The notes below the pieces were generated by a model. It made no database searches and had not been told where the DNA came from. It saw only the letters and a program-made list of their open reading frames with translations. Of a DNA stretch of 49,238 nt, positions 34,115 to 44,372 are shown one piece after another. Made by a program: the position numbers and the translations under genes. The stretch spans positions 1 through 49,238 of the forward strand of contig JBAQMW010000339.1 of NCBI GenBank assembly GCA_049303155.1, read 5' to 3'. This stretch comes from Thermodesulfobacteriota bacterium (GTDB lineage Bacteria > Desulfobacterota > GWC2-55-46 > DRQE01). Within the stretch, counting starts at the first letter, position 1, and each line of letters begins with the position of its first letter.

Positions 34115-35370
34115 AGGTCTTTCACATAACCGACCGTCTGCCGGGGTATCACGGCATGTGGGGAGGGGCAGAGCAGGCGGCATACAGGGCCGTGAAACTT
34201 CTCTGCGGCGCGAAGGGCGTTGAAAACAGGGTCGTTGCCATGCCGCCCTTGAAAGAGGTGAACGAGGGATTCGGGTTTCACGCCGTGAAGAGCATGGAAT
34301 ACTATCTCGGCGAGAGGTTAGAGTTCCTCGCGTCAGGTTTCAAAAATCGCGGCCTTCCGTTCGACCCTGTGTCTTTTTTTTCTTCATATCGGCTTTTTAA
34401 AAGGGAGAGGCCGGACGTCGTTCACGTGCACAAGGCGAACCTTTTGTCTTTTTCCGTCATACAGAGCGCGATTCTTTTAAAAATACCGATTATACTTTCG
34501 ATATACGATTACTGGTATTTCTGCCCCGCGGCGGCGCTCGTAACAGTTGAAGGGCGGCTTTGCCGAAAGTTTCACGGCTTAAGATGCATACAATGCAACG
34601 CGTTCAAGGATTTCGGAGTTGTTTCCAAGGTCATGCTCCTTTTGAGGTGGAAGTGGTTTTTCGATTATTATTACAGGCGTATCGCGGCCTTTGTCGTCTT
34701 GTCCAGGTCTTCCGCGGAGATACTTAAAGAATACGGAATAGACGGAAAAAAGATACACGTCATTCATCAGGCATTTCCTCTTACGAATTGGGACGCGGCG
34801 GCGCCTGTAGAGATGGAAGATAACCTGATATTTTTCGCGGGCTGGATGGACGAAAAAAAGGGGCTTCATGTCTTAATAGACGCTATGCCTTTGGTTTTAA
34901 AAGAGGTTCCCGAAGCGAAGCTCCGCGTGTTTGAGCTTAAGGCCGAGAAAGCGTACAGGGAGAAGATACAAAAGAAGATTGACGAATACGGCATAAATAA
35001 AAGCGTTACTGTCCATGGAAGGCTCGATGCGGGCGAATTCAGGGGGTATCTGAAAAAGGCCAACGTGGTGGTAGTTCCGGAGCAGTGGGAGAACATGAGT
35101 CCGGTTATCATCGTCGAGGCGATGGCCACGGCGAAGCCGATCGTCGCGGGAAGAATAGGCGGCATACCTGAATTCATAGAGGACGGAGTGAGCGGCCTTC
35201 TTGCGGAATACGACAACCCGAAAGACTTCGCGGAAAAGATTGTCCGCGTGCTGAAGGATAAGAAAAAGGCCGTTGAAATGGGCGCGAGGGCGAGAGAGGC
35301 CGCGCTCAAGGCCTTTAACGAAGACGCCATATCGAACGAGTTAGTTTCGTTGTATAATAAAACGGCATGA
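34111..35370 (+). CDS. glycosyltransferase family 4 (GT-B)
   Basis: ATG 34111 overlaps the preceding stop (ATGA). MKVFHITD start. C-terminal VVVPEQWENMSPVIIVEAMATAKPIVAGRIGGIPEFIEDGVSG (E-x7-E region). Confidence 0.85.
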   Translation: MKVFHITDRLPGYHGMWGGAEQAAYRAVKLLCGAKGVENRVVAMPPLKEVNEGFGFHAVKSMEYYLGERLEFLASGFKNRGLPFDPVSFFSSYRLFKRERPDVVHVHKANLLSFSVIQSAILLKIPIILSIYDYWYFCPAAALVTVEGRLCRKFHGLRCIQCNAFKDFGVVSKVMLLLRWKWFFDYYYRRIAAFVVLSRSSAEILKEYGIDGKKIHVIHQAFPLTNWDAAAPVEMEDNLIFFAGWMDEKKGLHVLIDAMPLVLKEVPEAKLRVFELKAEKAYREKIQKKIDEYGINKSVTVHGRLDAGEFRGYLKKANVVVVPEQWENMSPVIIVEAMATAKPIVAGRIGGIPEFIEDGVSGLLAEYDNPKDFAEKIVRVLKDKKKAVEMGARAREAALKAFNEDAISNELVSLYNKTA

Positions 35371-36098
35371 GGATGAAAATGGGCAATGCCAAGACGCCGT
35401 GGAGCGGCATAAAAAAACCGAAATGCGTTATTCTCTGCGGCGGCAAGGGAACGCGGCTACTTCCACTGTCGCTCAAAAAGCAGAAGGGAATGATAGAGGT
35501 AAAGGGAAAGCCCGTATTGCGGCACGTGGTGGATTACTGGAGGCAGTTCACGGACGACTTCATATTTGTCGTGAAGTACAAAAAGGCGGAGATACAGAGG
35601 TTCGCTAAAACCCTTCCCATAAAGGCGCGGTTCGTCGAGCCCAAAAAATTGCGGGGCATCGCGAACGGGATATACCAGGCGAAGGGATTCGTCGGCGAGA
35701 AGTTCATAGTCGTGCTCGGAGACTGCGTGTGCAACGGAAGATTCGCCTTTCCCTCCGGCATGAGCCAGGGTGTCGGCGTATGGGAGACCGGCAAAAAAGA
35801 CGACATCAGGCGCAGTTATTCGCTTAATATCGAGAAGGGCAGGATATTAGGGGTCAAGGAAAAGCCCAAGAGGCTTTTGAACAATCTCTGCGGCATGGGG
35901 TTTTATTTCTTCGACAGGAAGGTTTTTGATTACATAGAAAAAACGCCCCCCTCGCCGTTAAGAGGAGAGATAGAGATAACGGACGTCATACAGAACATGA
36001 TAGAGGCCGGTGAGAAGCTGAAGCCGGTGTTTTTTAAAGGGGGGTATCTTAACATAACCTTTGCCGAAGACGTGAAAAGGGCCGAGGAGATACTTTGA
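35367..36098 (+). CDS. sugar-phosphate nucleotidyltransferase
   Basis: VILCGGKGTRLLPLS (G-x-G-T-R-L signature), GT-A-like fold length. ATGA overlap with the upstream stop. Confidence 0.8.
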   Translation: MRMKMGNAKTPWSGIKKPKCVILCGGKGTRLLPLSLKKQKGMIEVKGKPVLRHVVDYWRQFTDDFIFVVKYKKAEIQRFAKTLPIKARFVEPKKLRGIANGIYQAKGFVGEKFIVVLGDCVCNGRFAFPSGMSQGVGVWETGKKDDIRRSYSLNIEKGRILGVKEKPKRLLNNLCGMGFYFFDRKVFDYIEKTPPSPLRGEIEITDVIQNMIEAGEKLKPVFFKGGYLNITFAEDVKRAEEIL

Positions 36099-36123
36099 GA
36101 AACCAAGCCCGCGCGGAGGCGTC

Positions 36124-37095
36124 ATGAAGATACTCGTAACAGGCGGGGCCGGTTTCATAGGAAGCCACGTCGTTGACGCCTATATAAACGAAGGGCACGA
36201 GGTTTTGGTCATGGACGACCTTTCTTCCGGCAAGACGGAGAATATAAATCCGAAGGCGCGTTTTTTCAAGGCCGACATACGTTCCGCGGAAGCACGGGAA
36301 ATCATATCGCGCGAAAGGCCAGACGCGATAAACCACCACGCGGCCCAGATATCCGTTCCGGCCTCTGTCAAAGACCCGCTCCTTGACGCCGACATAAACA
36401 TAAAAGGATTTTTGAACGTGCTTGAGGCGGCGAAAAACTCGGGGGTTAAAAAAGTCATCTTCATATCTTCGGGTGGCGCGGTTTACGGAGAGGCCAAAGA
36501 ATGCCCCTCTACGGAATGCTGCGAGCCGTCCCCTCTTTCTCCTTACGCCGTAACGAAGTTCGCCGGGGAAAAGTATCTCGCCTTTTATTGCAATCAGTAC
36601 GGGCTCGATTACACGGTTCTGCGCTATGGCAACGTCTACGGCCCGAGGCAGATACCGCACGGAGAGGCCGGGGTCGTGGCGATATTCATGGAACGCCTTG
36701 TTTCCGGAAAACCGTGCGTTGTTTACGGCTTTCCTGACGAGCCGGCCGGCATGACGAGGGACTACTGTTACGTGAAAAATGTTGCAACGGCCAATGTGCT
36801 TGCCCTTGGAAAAGGCAGTTGCGAAATTTTTAACATCGGAACAGGCGTTGAAACTCATACCATGGAATTATTCAATACGGTATATTCATCGTTAAGGCGC
36901 GAGGTCGAACTGCCGGCCGCTCTTGAAAAACCTTCAGCCGGTCCGGCAAGGCCCGGGGATTTGAGGCGAAGCTGCCTTGACGCGAAAAAGGCCGAGAAGA
37001 TTCTCGGCTGGAAGGCGGAAACCGGGTTAAAAGACGGCATTGACGCCACGGTTCCGGCCTTGATGCGTTTAAAGGGATTAAAAGGAGAGCTCTGA
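36124..37095 (+). CDS. NAD-dependent nucleotide-sugar epimerase/dehydratase (GalE-like SDR)
   Basis: MKILVTGGAGFIGSHVV, catalytic SPYAVTK (YxxxK), RYGNVYGPRQ. Confidence 0.85.
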   Translation: MKILVTGGAGFIGSHVVDAYINEGHEVLVMDDLSSGKTENINPKARFFKADIRSAEAREIISRERPDAINHHAAQISVPASVKDPLLDADINIKGFLNVLEAAKNSGVKKVIFISSGGAVYGEAKECPSTECCEPSPLSPYAVTKFAGEKYLAFYCNQYGLDYTVLRYGNVYGPRQIPHGEAGVVAIFMERLVSGKPCVVYGFPDEPAGMTRDYCYVKNVATANVLALGKGSCEIFNIGTGVETHTMELFNTVYSSLRREVELPAALEKPSAGPARPGDLRRSCLDAKKAEKILGWKAETGLKDGIDATVPALMRLKGLKGEL

Positions 37096-37096
37096 G

Positions 37097-38233
37097 TTGA
37101 GAATCGGCATAAACGCGTTATATCTTCTTCCGGGCAGGGTCGGCGGCACGGAGATATATATAAGAAATCTCGTAAGGGAACTCGTTAAAAGGGATTTGGA
37201 AAACGAGTACGTCATATTCGTAAACAGAGAAAGCGCGGGCGTATTCAACGGCATCGCGCCGTCGGCGGAAATAGTAGATTGTCCGGTGCGCGCTTCATCG
37301 AGGCCGTTAAGGATACTCTACGAGCAGTTCATTCTTCCGTTTCAGGCAAAACGCCGCAGACTGGACATTCTTTTTTCCGCAGGCATGGCGGCGCCGTTTA
37401 TTTGTCCCGTGCCTTCAATCGTCGTCGTATACGACCTTCAGCACGTAAATCAGCCGGAAAATTTCCCGTTCCTGTACAGGTTTTTTTTGAACGCCATTGT
37501 CTACCTCAGCGCGAAGACTTCCGACGCGGTGGTTGTCATATCGGGACGGGTAAAAGAAGACGTAGTGAAGCATTACGGAATACCCCACGAAAGGGTGCAC
37601 GTTGTATATATAGGGATGGATCCGGATTTTTTTTCGAGGGTGGACTCCGAAAAAATACTCGCAATAAGGAAAAAATATTCCCTTCCCGAGAGGTTCATTT
37701 TTTATCCGGCGTCGTCTTTGCCGCATAAAAACCATAAAAGACTCCTCGACGCTTTAAAGATATTAAAAGATGCAGGCGAAGACGTTAAACTCCTTTTGAC
37801 GGGCGCGAGGGACTACGGGTGCGGCGAGATCGAAAAAAAGATAAAGGAACTCGGCCTTGAAAAGGACGTTATTTTTTTAGGCTGGCTGCCCTGCGAGGAT
37901 ATTCCGGCAATTTACAGCGCCTCCGAGGCCCTCGTGTATCCGTCTTTGCACGAAGGGTTCGGCATGCCGATTGTGGAGGCAATGGCTGCGGGGACCCCGG
38001 TTGTTTGTTCGGGGATAGAGCCGCTCGGCGAGGTGGCTTCCGACGCCGCGCTTTTCGTTGACCCTTACGACCCGAAAAAAATCGCGGACGCGGTTATGAC
38101 CGTGCTTAACCATGGCGCGGCGCGTGAAAATCTGATAAAAAAAGGACTTAAGAGGGCGAAAGAATTTACATGGAAGAAGACCGCTGAAAACACATTGAAG
38201 ATTTTCGAGTCTTTTGCCATGCGCCGTCCGTGA
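37097..38233 (+). CDS. glycosyltransferase family 4 (GT-B)
   Basis: TTG start 1 nt after the upstream stop. LVYPSLHEGFGMPIVEAMAAGTPVVCS (E-x7-E region). Confidence 0.85.
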   Translation: MRIGINALYLLPGRVGGTEIYIRNLVRELVKRDLENEYVIFVNRESAGVFNGIAPSAEIVDCPVRASSRPLRILYEQFILPFQAKRRRLDILFSAGMAAPFICPVPSIVVVYDLQHVNQPENFPFLYRFFLNAIVYLSAKTSDAVVVISGRVKEDVVKHYGIPHERVHVVYIGMDPDFFSRVDSEKILAIRKKYSLPERFIFYPASSLPHKNHKRLLDALKILKDAGEDVKLLLTGARDYGCGEIEKKIKELGLEKDVIFLGWLPCEDIPAIYSASEALVYPSLHEGFGMPIVEAMAAGTPVVCSGIEPLGEVASDAALFVDPYDPKKIADAVMTVLNHGAARENLIKKGLKRAKEFTWKKTAENTLKIFESFAMRRP

Positions 38234-38239
38234 GGCGTC

Positions 38240-39079
38240 ATGACGGCCATAGAGGAGATAAATTGCGTGAAGAAGTTGCCAAAGATAACCGTCATAACTC
38301 CATCGTTCAATCAGGGGAACTTCATTGAAAGAACGATATTGAGCGTCATAGGGCAGGATTATCCGAATCTTGAATATATCGTGGTTGACGGAGGCTCGAC
38401 CGATTCCACGCTTACCGTATTAAGGAAGTACGAGACGCGGCTCAGTTGGATTTCGGAGAAGGACAAGGGGCAGTCGGATGCCATCAATAAGGGCATAAGG
38501 ACGGCCTCAGGAGACATAATAGCGTATTTGAATTCCGACGACGTTTACGAAAAAGGCGCCTTGCAAAAAGTGGCGGATTTTTTCGCGGCTAACCCTTCGG
38601 CCGTGTGGGTATGCGGAAGATGCCGCATCATAGACGTATTCGACAACGAGACGCGCGGTGTGATAACGCGGTATAAAAATTTTTTACTCAAACGGTACAG
38701 TTATAATATGCTTCTCGTAACAAATTTTATTTCGCAGCCGGCGACGTTTTTGAAAAGGGAGGCCGTTCAGGAGTTCGGGCCTTTCGACGTAACGCTCCAC
38801 AGGGTGATGGATTACGCGTACTGGGTGAAGGTCGGAGCGAAATACCGTCCCGGAATAATAAACGACTATCTTGCGGGATTCAGGGTTCACGGCGCCTCGA
38901 AGACCTCAAGGGAGTTTTGGCAGTCGTTCAGGGAAGAATACGAGGTCGGGAAAAAGAATTCTCCCTCGCGTCTCATAAACGTCCTGCATTACATGAGCTA
39001 TATAGGGATATGCTGCGTGTATACGGCGATGGGTTTTGTTTCGAGGATAAAAGGCATATTTGGGAAAGAGGGTGGATAA
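38240..39079 (+). CDS. glycosyltransferase family 2 (GT-A)
   Basis: ITVITPSFNQGNFIERTILSVIGQDYPNLEYIVVDGGSTD and LNSDD (DxD). Confidence 0.88.
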   Translation: MTAIEEINCVKKLPKITVITPSFNQGNFIERTILSVIGQDYPNLEYIVVDGGSTDSTLTVLRKYETRLSWISEKDKGQSDAINKGIRTASGDIIAYLNSDDVYEKGALQKVADFFAANPSAVWVCGRCRIIDVFDNETRGVITRYKNFLLKRYSYNMLLVTNFISQPATFLKREAVQEFGPFDVTLHRVMDYAYWVKVGAKYRPGIINDYLAGFRVHGASKTSREFWQSFREEYEVGKKNSPSRLINVLHYMSYIGICCVYTAMGFVSRIKGIFGKEGG

Positions 39080-39080
39080 C

Positions 39081-40517
39081 ATGGCCAAAAAGAGCGGAGG
39101 GCTCTACGCCGTAATACTTGCCGGTGGAATCGGGAGCAGATTTTGGCCTCTTTCGAGGGCCACGAGTCCGAAGCAGCTCTTGAAGATCGCCGGCGACGAA
39201 AGCCTCCTTAAAGAAACCATCAAGAGACTTGCGCCGCTTATTCCGCCTTCGAGCGTTTCAATTGTCACCAATTCCTCTCAGGCCGAGATAATAAGGCTCC
39301 ACCTTTCGCAGGGGAAAAAGGCGTCCCCGGTTAAAATCGTTGCCGAGCCATCAGGAAAAAACACGGCCCCGGCCATTGCCCTCGCGGCAATGAAGGTTTT
39401 TCGCAAGAATCCCGAAGCGATTATGGCAGTCCTTCCGGCAGACCACATCATAGGCGATGCTCCGGCCTTCAGGAAAACCCTCAAGGCGGCTGTGGAGGCG
39501 GCGGAACTCGGCGCGCTTGTTACCTTCGGCGTAAAGCCAAAAAGCCCTCACACGGGGTACGGCTACATAAAGGCGAAAGCCGGGGTATATAAAAAAGTCG
39601 GCGCTATCAAGGTAAGAAAGGTCGAGAGGTTTGTTGAAAAACCCAAACTCGAAAAGGCGAAGGAGTTTTTAAAAGAAGGCGGATATTTCTGGAACAGCGG
39701 CATATTCGTTTGGAAGGCTTCTGCCATACTCGAAGAGATGAAAACGCATCTTCCCTCGCTTTACAAAAGCATCATGTCGATAAGAAGCGACGAGGACGTT
39801 ATTTCGGCTTACTCGAAAATCGAGGCGATATCCATAGATAACGGAGTCCTTGAAAAATCCAAAAACGTTGTCGTAATCGAAGCGGACTTTTCGTGGTCTG
39901 ACATGGGAAGTTGGAGTTCCATGTCCGAGGTATTCGCGCCCGACGCCTCCGGTAACATCATGAAGGGCAGGGTCGTTGACATAGGAAGCAAGGATTCTCT
40001 TGTGATAGGAAGCGATAGGCTTGTCGCTACTATCGGGCTTAAGGATATGATTATCGTGGATACCCCTGACGCAACCCTCGTCTGCCCAAAGACTCGGGCG
40101 CAGGAGGTAAAGGACATAGTCTCTATCCTCAAGAAAAAGGGCTACGTTGAGCACGAAATCCATACGACAGTTGAGAGGCCTTGGGGCGCTTACACGGTTT
40201 TGGAAACCGGAGACCATTACAAGATAAAAAAAATTCGGGTATTCCCGGGATGCCGTTTAAGCCTTCAACTCCACAATAAGAGGAGCGAGCACTGGGTCGT
40301 CATAGCCGGGGAGGCAAAGGTGCAAAGAGGCGAAGAATCCGTAACTGTTCGCGTGAACGAAAGCACCTACATTCCGAGGGGCGTGAAGCACAGGCTTGAA
40401 AATACCTCACCCGATGCGATGCTCGAAATAATAGAGGTTTCAAACGGAGATTATATCGGAGAGGACGACATAGTGAGGTTTGACGACGATTATGAAAGGC
40501 AGGGGCAGGGCTCGTGA
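39081..40517 (+). CDS. manC: mannose-1-phosphate guanylyltransferase / mannose-6-phosphate isomerase (type II PMI-GMP)
   Basis: ILAGGIGSRFWPLSR nucleotidyltransferase start, C-terminal cupin (HNKRSEHWVVIAGEAKV). ATG 39081 lies just after the GT2 stop; the listed TTG 39060 is an alternative. Confidence 0.88.
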   Translation: MAKKSGGLYAVILAGGIGSRFWPLSRATSPKQLLKIAGDESLLKETIKRLAPLIPPSSVSIVTNSSQAEIIRLHLSQGKKASPVKIVAEPSGKNTAPAIALAAMKVFRKNPEAIMAVLPADHIIGDAPAFRKTLKAAVEAAELGALVTFGVKPKSPHTGYGYIKAKAGVYKKVGAIKVRKVERFVEKPKLEKAKEFLKEGGYFWNSGIFVWKASAILEEMKTHLPSLYKSIMSIRSDEDVISAYSKIEAISIDNGVLEKSKNVVVIEADFSWSDMGSWSSMSEVFAPDASGNIMKGRVVDIGSKDSLVIGSDRLVATIGLKDMIIVDTPDATLVCPKTRAQEVKDIVSILKKKGYVEHEIHTTVERPWGAYTVLETGDHYKIKKIRVFPGCRLSLQLHNKRSEHWVVIAGEAKVQRGEESVTVRVNESTYIPRGVKHRLENTSPDAMLEIIEVSNGDYIGEDDIVRFDDDYERQGQGS

Positions 40518-40560
40518 AGCCCTGCCCCCAAAATGTTTTAACACCGCTTGCGGCAGGCAA

Positions 40561-40729
40561 GTAGCGCCTCCCTTTAGAGCCTGCCCCCGCAATCTTAAGC
40601 GAGGGGTTGCGTCTTTATGCAGGGCTGCCCCCACCCTGCCCTCCCCAGACCCTTCCCTTCGGGTGGGTTCCCCGGGGGAGGAGATAAGGTATGGCTCATT
40701 AAAGCCCTGCCCTACATGCATTGTGCCGG
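40561..40729 (+). repeat. interspersed repeat family B, copy B2 (preceded by a family A-like head at 40518-40560)
   Basis: gtagcgcctccctttagagcctgcccccgca ... taagcgaggggttgc ... gccctgccctacatgcattgtgccgg. An 11-bp hairpin ggggcagggct/agccctgcccc encloses the manC stop codon. Confidence 0.8.
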
Positions 40730-40784
40730 TAGAAACAGGCCGCGAACAAAATCCGCACATCGGCAATTTTTGAAAAGGCTGAAT

Positions 40785-41135
40785 ATGACAGGCATAGACA
40801 TAGTGTCAATCGAGAGGGTTAGGAAGGCCTGCCTTCGGCCAGCTATCCTCGAAAGATTATTCACCAAGAACGAACTGGCCTACGCCTTTTCCGGAAGAGA
40901 CCCTTTTAAACGTCTTGCCGGGCGTTTTGCCGCGAAGGAGGCGTTTTTAAAGGCGCTTGGAACGGGGCTTTCTTCAGGCATAAGATGGAAGGACGTGGAG
41001 GTCGTAAAAGACCCGTCCGGAAGGCCTGTTGTGAAAGCCGTCTTCGTTGCCGAAAAAATCCTCGGTAAAAGAATTCCTCACGCGAGCATAGCCTATGTCA
41101 AACAGTACGCAATCGCCACGGTAAAGATAGAATAG
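40785..41135 (+). CDS. acpS: holo-[acyl-carrier-protein] synthase
   Basis: MTGIDIVSIERV..., FAAKEAFLKALGTG. The listed start 40617 would translate repeat family B, so ATG 40785 is preferred. Confidence 0.85.
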   Translation: MTGIDIVSIERVRKACLRPAILERLFTKNELAYAFSGRDPFKRLAGRFAAKEAFLKALGTGLSSGIRWKDVEVVKDPSGRPVVKAVFVAEKILGKRIPHASIAYVKQYAIATVKIE

Positions 41136-41137
41136 AT

Positions 41138-41914
41138 TTACAAAAGGCGCGTTATCTCTTTAAGCGAGTTGATTGCGACGGTTATCGCGTTTTTTTCTCC
41201 GAGCTTGAGATTAGCCGGGCTTACCTTTCCGACCCCTCCCCTGTTGACGACCCCCGTAACGCAAGCGCCTTTAAGCCCCATGGAAGACGTCATGGTGAGA
41301 AGCGTGGCGCTCTCCATCTCGTAGTTGAGGGCGTGGAGGTTTCGCCATTCCTTTGTCGCCCCTTGAAGGGTTTTTATGATGTATTTTCTGTAAGAGTCCC
41401 CTCTTTCCTCTCCCGGATAAAAGGTGTCGGACGATACGGTAACGCCTGTGTGGTAAGGGACGCGGGATTTTTTCGCTCCTTCGACGAGCATCGCTACGAG
41501 CGAGAAGTCCGCGACAGCCGGATATTCAATCGGCGCGTAGTGGCAAGACGCTCCGTCGAGCCTGACAGAGCCGGTTGTTATGATTACGTCTCCCATGTTT
41601 ATCGTATTTTGAATCGAGCCGGTCGTGCCGACGCGTATGAAGGATTTTATTCCGAGCCGGGCGAGTTCGTCAATCGCTATCGCTGTCGAGGGGCCTCCTA
41701 TGCCGGTCGAGGTTACTATGACGGGAGTTTTGCCGACGGATGACAGGTGCGTTACGAATTCTCTTTTCGAGGCGAGCTTTTTTATACTGCCTCCGTAAGC
41801 CTTTGCTATGGCCTCGGCTATGGCGCCGCTTCTTGCCGGGTCGCCGGGCAAGAGCGCGACCGTAGCCCCTTGAAGCATTTTTTTATCGAGGTCGAGATGA
41901 TATACTTTTTCCAT
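41138..41914 (-). CDS. nucleoside phosphorylase (PNP_UDP_1 family, uridine phosphorylase-like)
   Basis: 258 aa. TSTGIGGPSTAIAIDEL, RVGTTGS, NYEMESATL motifs. Confidence 0.8.
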   Translation of the reverse strand: MEKVYHLDLDKKMLQGATVALLPGDPARSGAIAEAIAKAYGGSIKKLASKREFVTHLSSVGKTPVIVTSTGIGGPSTAIAIDELARLGIKSFIRVGTTGSIQNTINMGDVIITTGSVRLDGASCHYAPIEYPAVADFSLVAMLVEGAKKSRVPYHTGVTVSSDTFYPGEERGDSYRKYIIKTLQGATKEWRNLHALNYEMESATLLTMTSSMGLKGACVTGVVNRGGVGKVSPANLKLGEKNAITVAINSLKEITRLL

Positions 41915-41947
41915 TGGGTTTTAATTGCCGCCTTTTTTGAGCAGGGC

Positions 41948-42610
41948 TTATCCCTGCGTCTCGCGTCTCATCGCCTCTATGGTCTTTTTGTAATCGCTGC
42001 TTCCGAATACCGCGCTTCCGGCGACGAACATGTCCGCCCCGGCCATTGACGCCTCTTTTATGTTCGAGACCTTTATGCCTCCGTCAACCTCCAAGATTGC
42101 CTTAAGGCCGCGCTCATCAAGTATCTTTCTCAATTTTTTTATCTTTCCGATGCTGCTTGGTATAAACTGCTGGCCGCCGAAGCCGGGATTTACGCTCATA
42201 ATAAGAACGAGGTCAACGCAGTCCAGTACCTCTTCTATTGCCTCGACAGGCGTTCCGGGATTTATGGAGACCCCCGCCTTTGCGCCGTCTTCTTTTATGG
42301 CCTGAATGAGCCTGTGGAGGTGAACGGTCGCTTCGGCGTGAATCGTTATTATGTCCGCTCCCGCGCTCCTGAAGGATTTTACGTAGTCCTCCGGCCTCTC
42401 TATCATGAGATGAACGTCAAGGGGGATTTTCGTCGAGCGTTTTATCGCCTCCACTATAAAAGGCCCTATTGTTATGTTAGGCACGAAGTGTCCGTCCATG
42501 ACGTCAACGTGTATGTAGTCCGCTCCGGCGGCCTCTACTGAGGCGAGTTCTTCCTTGAGCCGTGAAAAATCAGCCGATAGTATGGATGGGGCGATTAGTT
42601 TTTTCACCAA
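41948..42610 (-). CDS. rpe: ribulose-phosphate 3-epimerase
   Basis: PSILSADF, HVDVMDGHFVPN, MSVNPGFGGQ, GGI...AGAD motifs. Confidence 0.92.
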   Translation of the reverse strand: MVKKLIAPSILSADFSRLKEELASVEAAGADYIHVDVMDGHFVPNITIGPFIVEAIKRSTKIPLDVHLMIERPEDYVKSFRSAGADIITIHAEATVHLHRLIQAIKEDGAKAGVSINPGTPVEAIEEVLDCVDLVLIMSVNPGFGGQQFIPSSIGKIKKLRKILDERGLKAILEVDGGIKVSNIKEASMAGADMFVAGSAVFGSSDYKKTIEAMRRETQG

Positions 42611-42653
42611 GGTCTCCTTTATGATTGCATGATTGTTTTTAACACGATTTCGC

Positions 42654-44372
42654 TTAGCAGTAAAGGGTGTTCCTGCAGGAAAGCACCTGCTTTTCTCGCG
42701 TGCCGCTTCTGTAAATCGTAACGCCTTTGCATCCTAATTCATAGGCGAGGAGATAGGCCTTTCTGACGTCGTCTTCGGTCGCATCAAAAGGCAGGTTTAT
42801 CGTTTTCGACACGGCGTTGTCAGTGTGTTTTTGAAACGCGGCCTGCACTTTTATGTGGTCTTCCGGGGATATATCGAAAGACGTGGAGAAGATTTTTTTG
42901 AATTTTTCCGGCACGTCATTTCTTTTTTTTATGTCCCCTCCCCTTTCTATGTATTTCATGAGGTCTTTACTGAAAAATCCCTCCTCTTTCGAGACCTCCT
43001 CAAAAATAGGGTTTAGTTCCGGCAGTTCCGTGCCCTCTAAAACCTGACGCGTGAAGCTTAACGAGTAAAAAGGCTCTATGCCGGAAGAACATCCCGCTAT
43101 GAGGCTTAAGGTGCCGGTTGGGGCTATGGTCGTTACGGTGGAGTTTCTTATGGGTTTCTTGAGCACGCTTTTTTTGATATTGGGAAAAGCCCCTCTTTCT
43201 TTCGCGAGTTCGATCGAGGCCTCATGGCCGGTTTTATTTATAAAACTCATGATGTCTTCCGTGATCTTTAGGCTTTCCTTGCTTCCGTAAACCATCCGAA
43301 GGCGCGCCAGCATGTCGGCAAAACCCATTACTCCGAGTCCGATTTTTCTATTCCCCTTTGCCATGCGCTCTATTTCAGGGACAGGGTATTTATTCACGTC
43401 TATTACGTTATCGAGAAACCTGACGCCTGTTTTTACGGTCTTTTCTAATTTGTCGTAATTAATTTTCCAACCCGTGCCGGTTTTTTTGAGCATCCTGCCC
43501 AAGTTTATGGAGCCCAAGTTGCACGGCTCGTAAGGAAGGAGCGGTTGCTCGCCGCAGGGGTTCGTGGCCTCTATGGCTCCGAGTTTGGGAGTAGGATTTT
43601 TTTCGTTGACCCTGTCCATGAATATTACCCCCGGTTCTCCGCTTTGCCACGCGCATCTTATGATGAGGCCGAAGATTTTTTTCGCGCTCTCGCGTCTTAC
43701 TATCGTTCCGTCCCTCGGGTTCACGAGCGGGAAATGCGAGTTTTTTGCAAGGGCCTTCATGAACTCATTTGTTATTGCCACCGAGAGGTTGAAGTTCAGA
43801 AATTCTTCCGGGTTTTTCTTGGCCTCTATGAACTCTATTATGTCAGGGTGGTCTATGCGTAAGACCCCCATGTTCGCGCCGCGCCTCGCGCCGCCTTGTT
43901 TAATGGCTTCGGTCGCCGCGTTAAAAACCCTCATAAAGGAGACAGGGCCGCTCGCGAGGCCACCCGTCGAGCCGACGATGTCGTTCGAGGGCCGGAGCCT
44001 CGAGAACGAAAAGCCGGTGCCGCCGCCTGATTGGTGTATTATGGCCGTGTTTTTAACGGCCTCGAATATGGATTCTATTGAGTCTTCGACAGGCAGGACA
44101 AAGCACGCGGCGAGCTGGCCGAGTCTAAGCCCGGCGTTCATGAGGGTCGGAGAGTTGGGGAGGAATTCGAGCCTTGTCATGAGGTCCAAGAATTCCCCTT
44201 CGGTTTTTTTTGCGTTAACGCCTTTTTTGTAAAGTTTTTCGGCTGAGGCGACGCTTTTCGCCACCCTCGCAAACATCTCTTCCGGGGTTTCTGAAACCCT
44301 GCCGAACCGGTTCTTTCTGAGGTATCTTTTTTGAAGGACAATGACGGCGTTCGGAGTCAAGGAGGGTTTCAC
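42654..44372 (-). CDS. nrdJ: adenosylcobalamin-dependent (class II) ribonucleotide reductase, short form
   Basis: NPCGEQPLLPYEPCNLGSINL active-site region, SGGGTGFSFS, C-terminal Cys pair (VLSCRNTLYC). Confidence 0.88.
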   Translation of the reverse strand: MKPSLTPNAVIVLQKRYLRKNRFGRVSETPEEMFARVAKSVASAEKLYKKGVNAKKTEGEFLDLMTRLEFLPNSPTLMNAGLRLGQLAACFVLPVEDSIESIFEAVKNTAIIHQSGGGTGFSFSRLRPSNDIVGSTGGLASGPVSFMRVFNAATEAIKQGGARRGANMGVLRIDHPDIIEFIEAKKNPEEFLNFNLSVAITNEFMKALAKNSHFPLVNPRDGTIVRRESAKKIFGLIIRCAWQSGEPGVIFMDRVNEKNPTPKLGAIEATNPCGEQPLLPYEPCNLGSINLGRMLKKTGTGWKINYDKLEKTVKTGVRFLDNVIDVNKYPVPEIERMAKGNRKIGLGVMGFADMLARLRMVYGSKESLKITEDIMSFINKTGHEASIELAKERGAFPNIKKSVLKKPIRNSTVTTIAPTGTLSLIAGCSSGIEPFYSLSFTRQVLEGTELPELNPIFEEVSKEEGFFSKDLMKYIERGGDIKKRNDVPEKFKKIFSTSFDISPEDHIKVQAAFQKHTDNAVSKTINLPFDATEDDVRKAYLLAYELGCKGVTIYRSGTREKQVLSCRNTLYC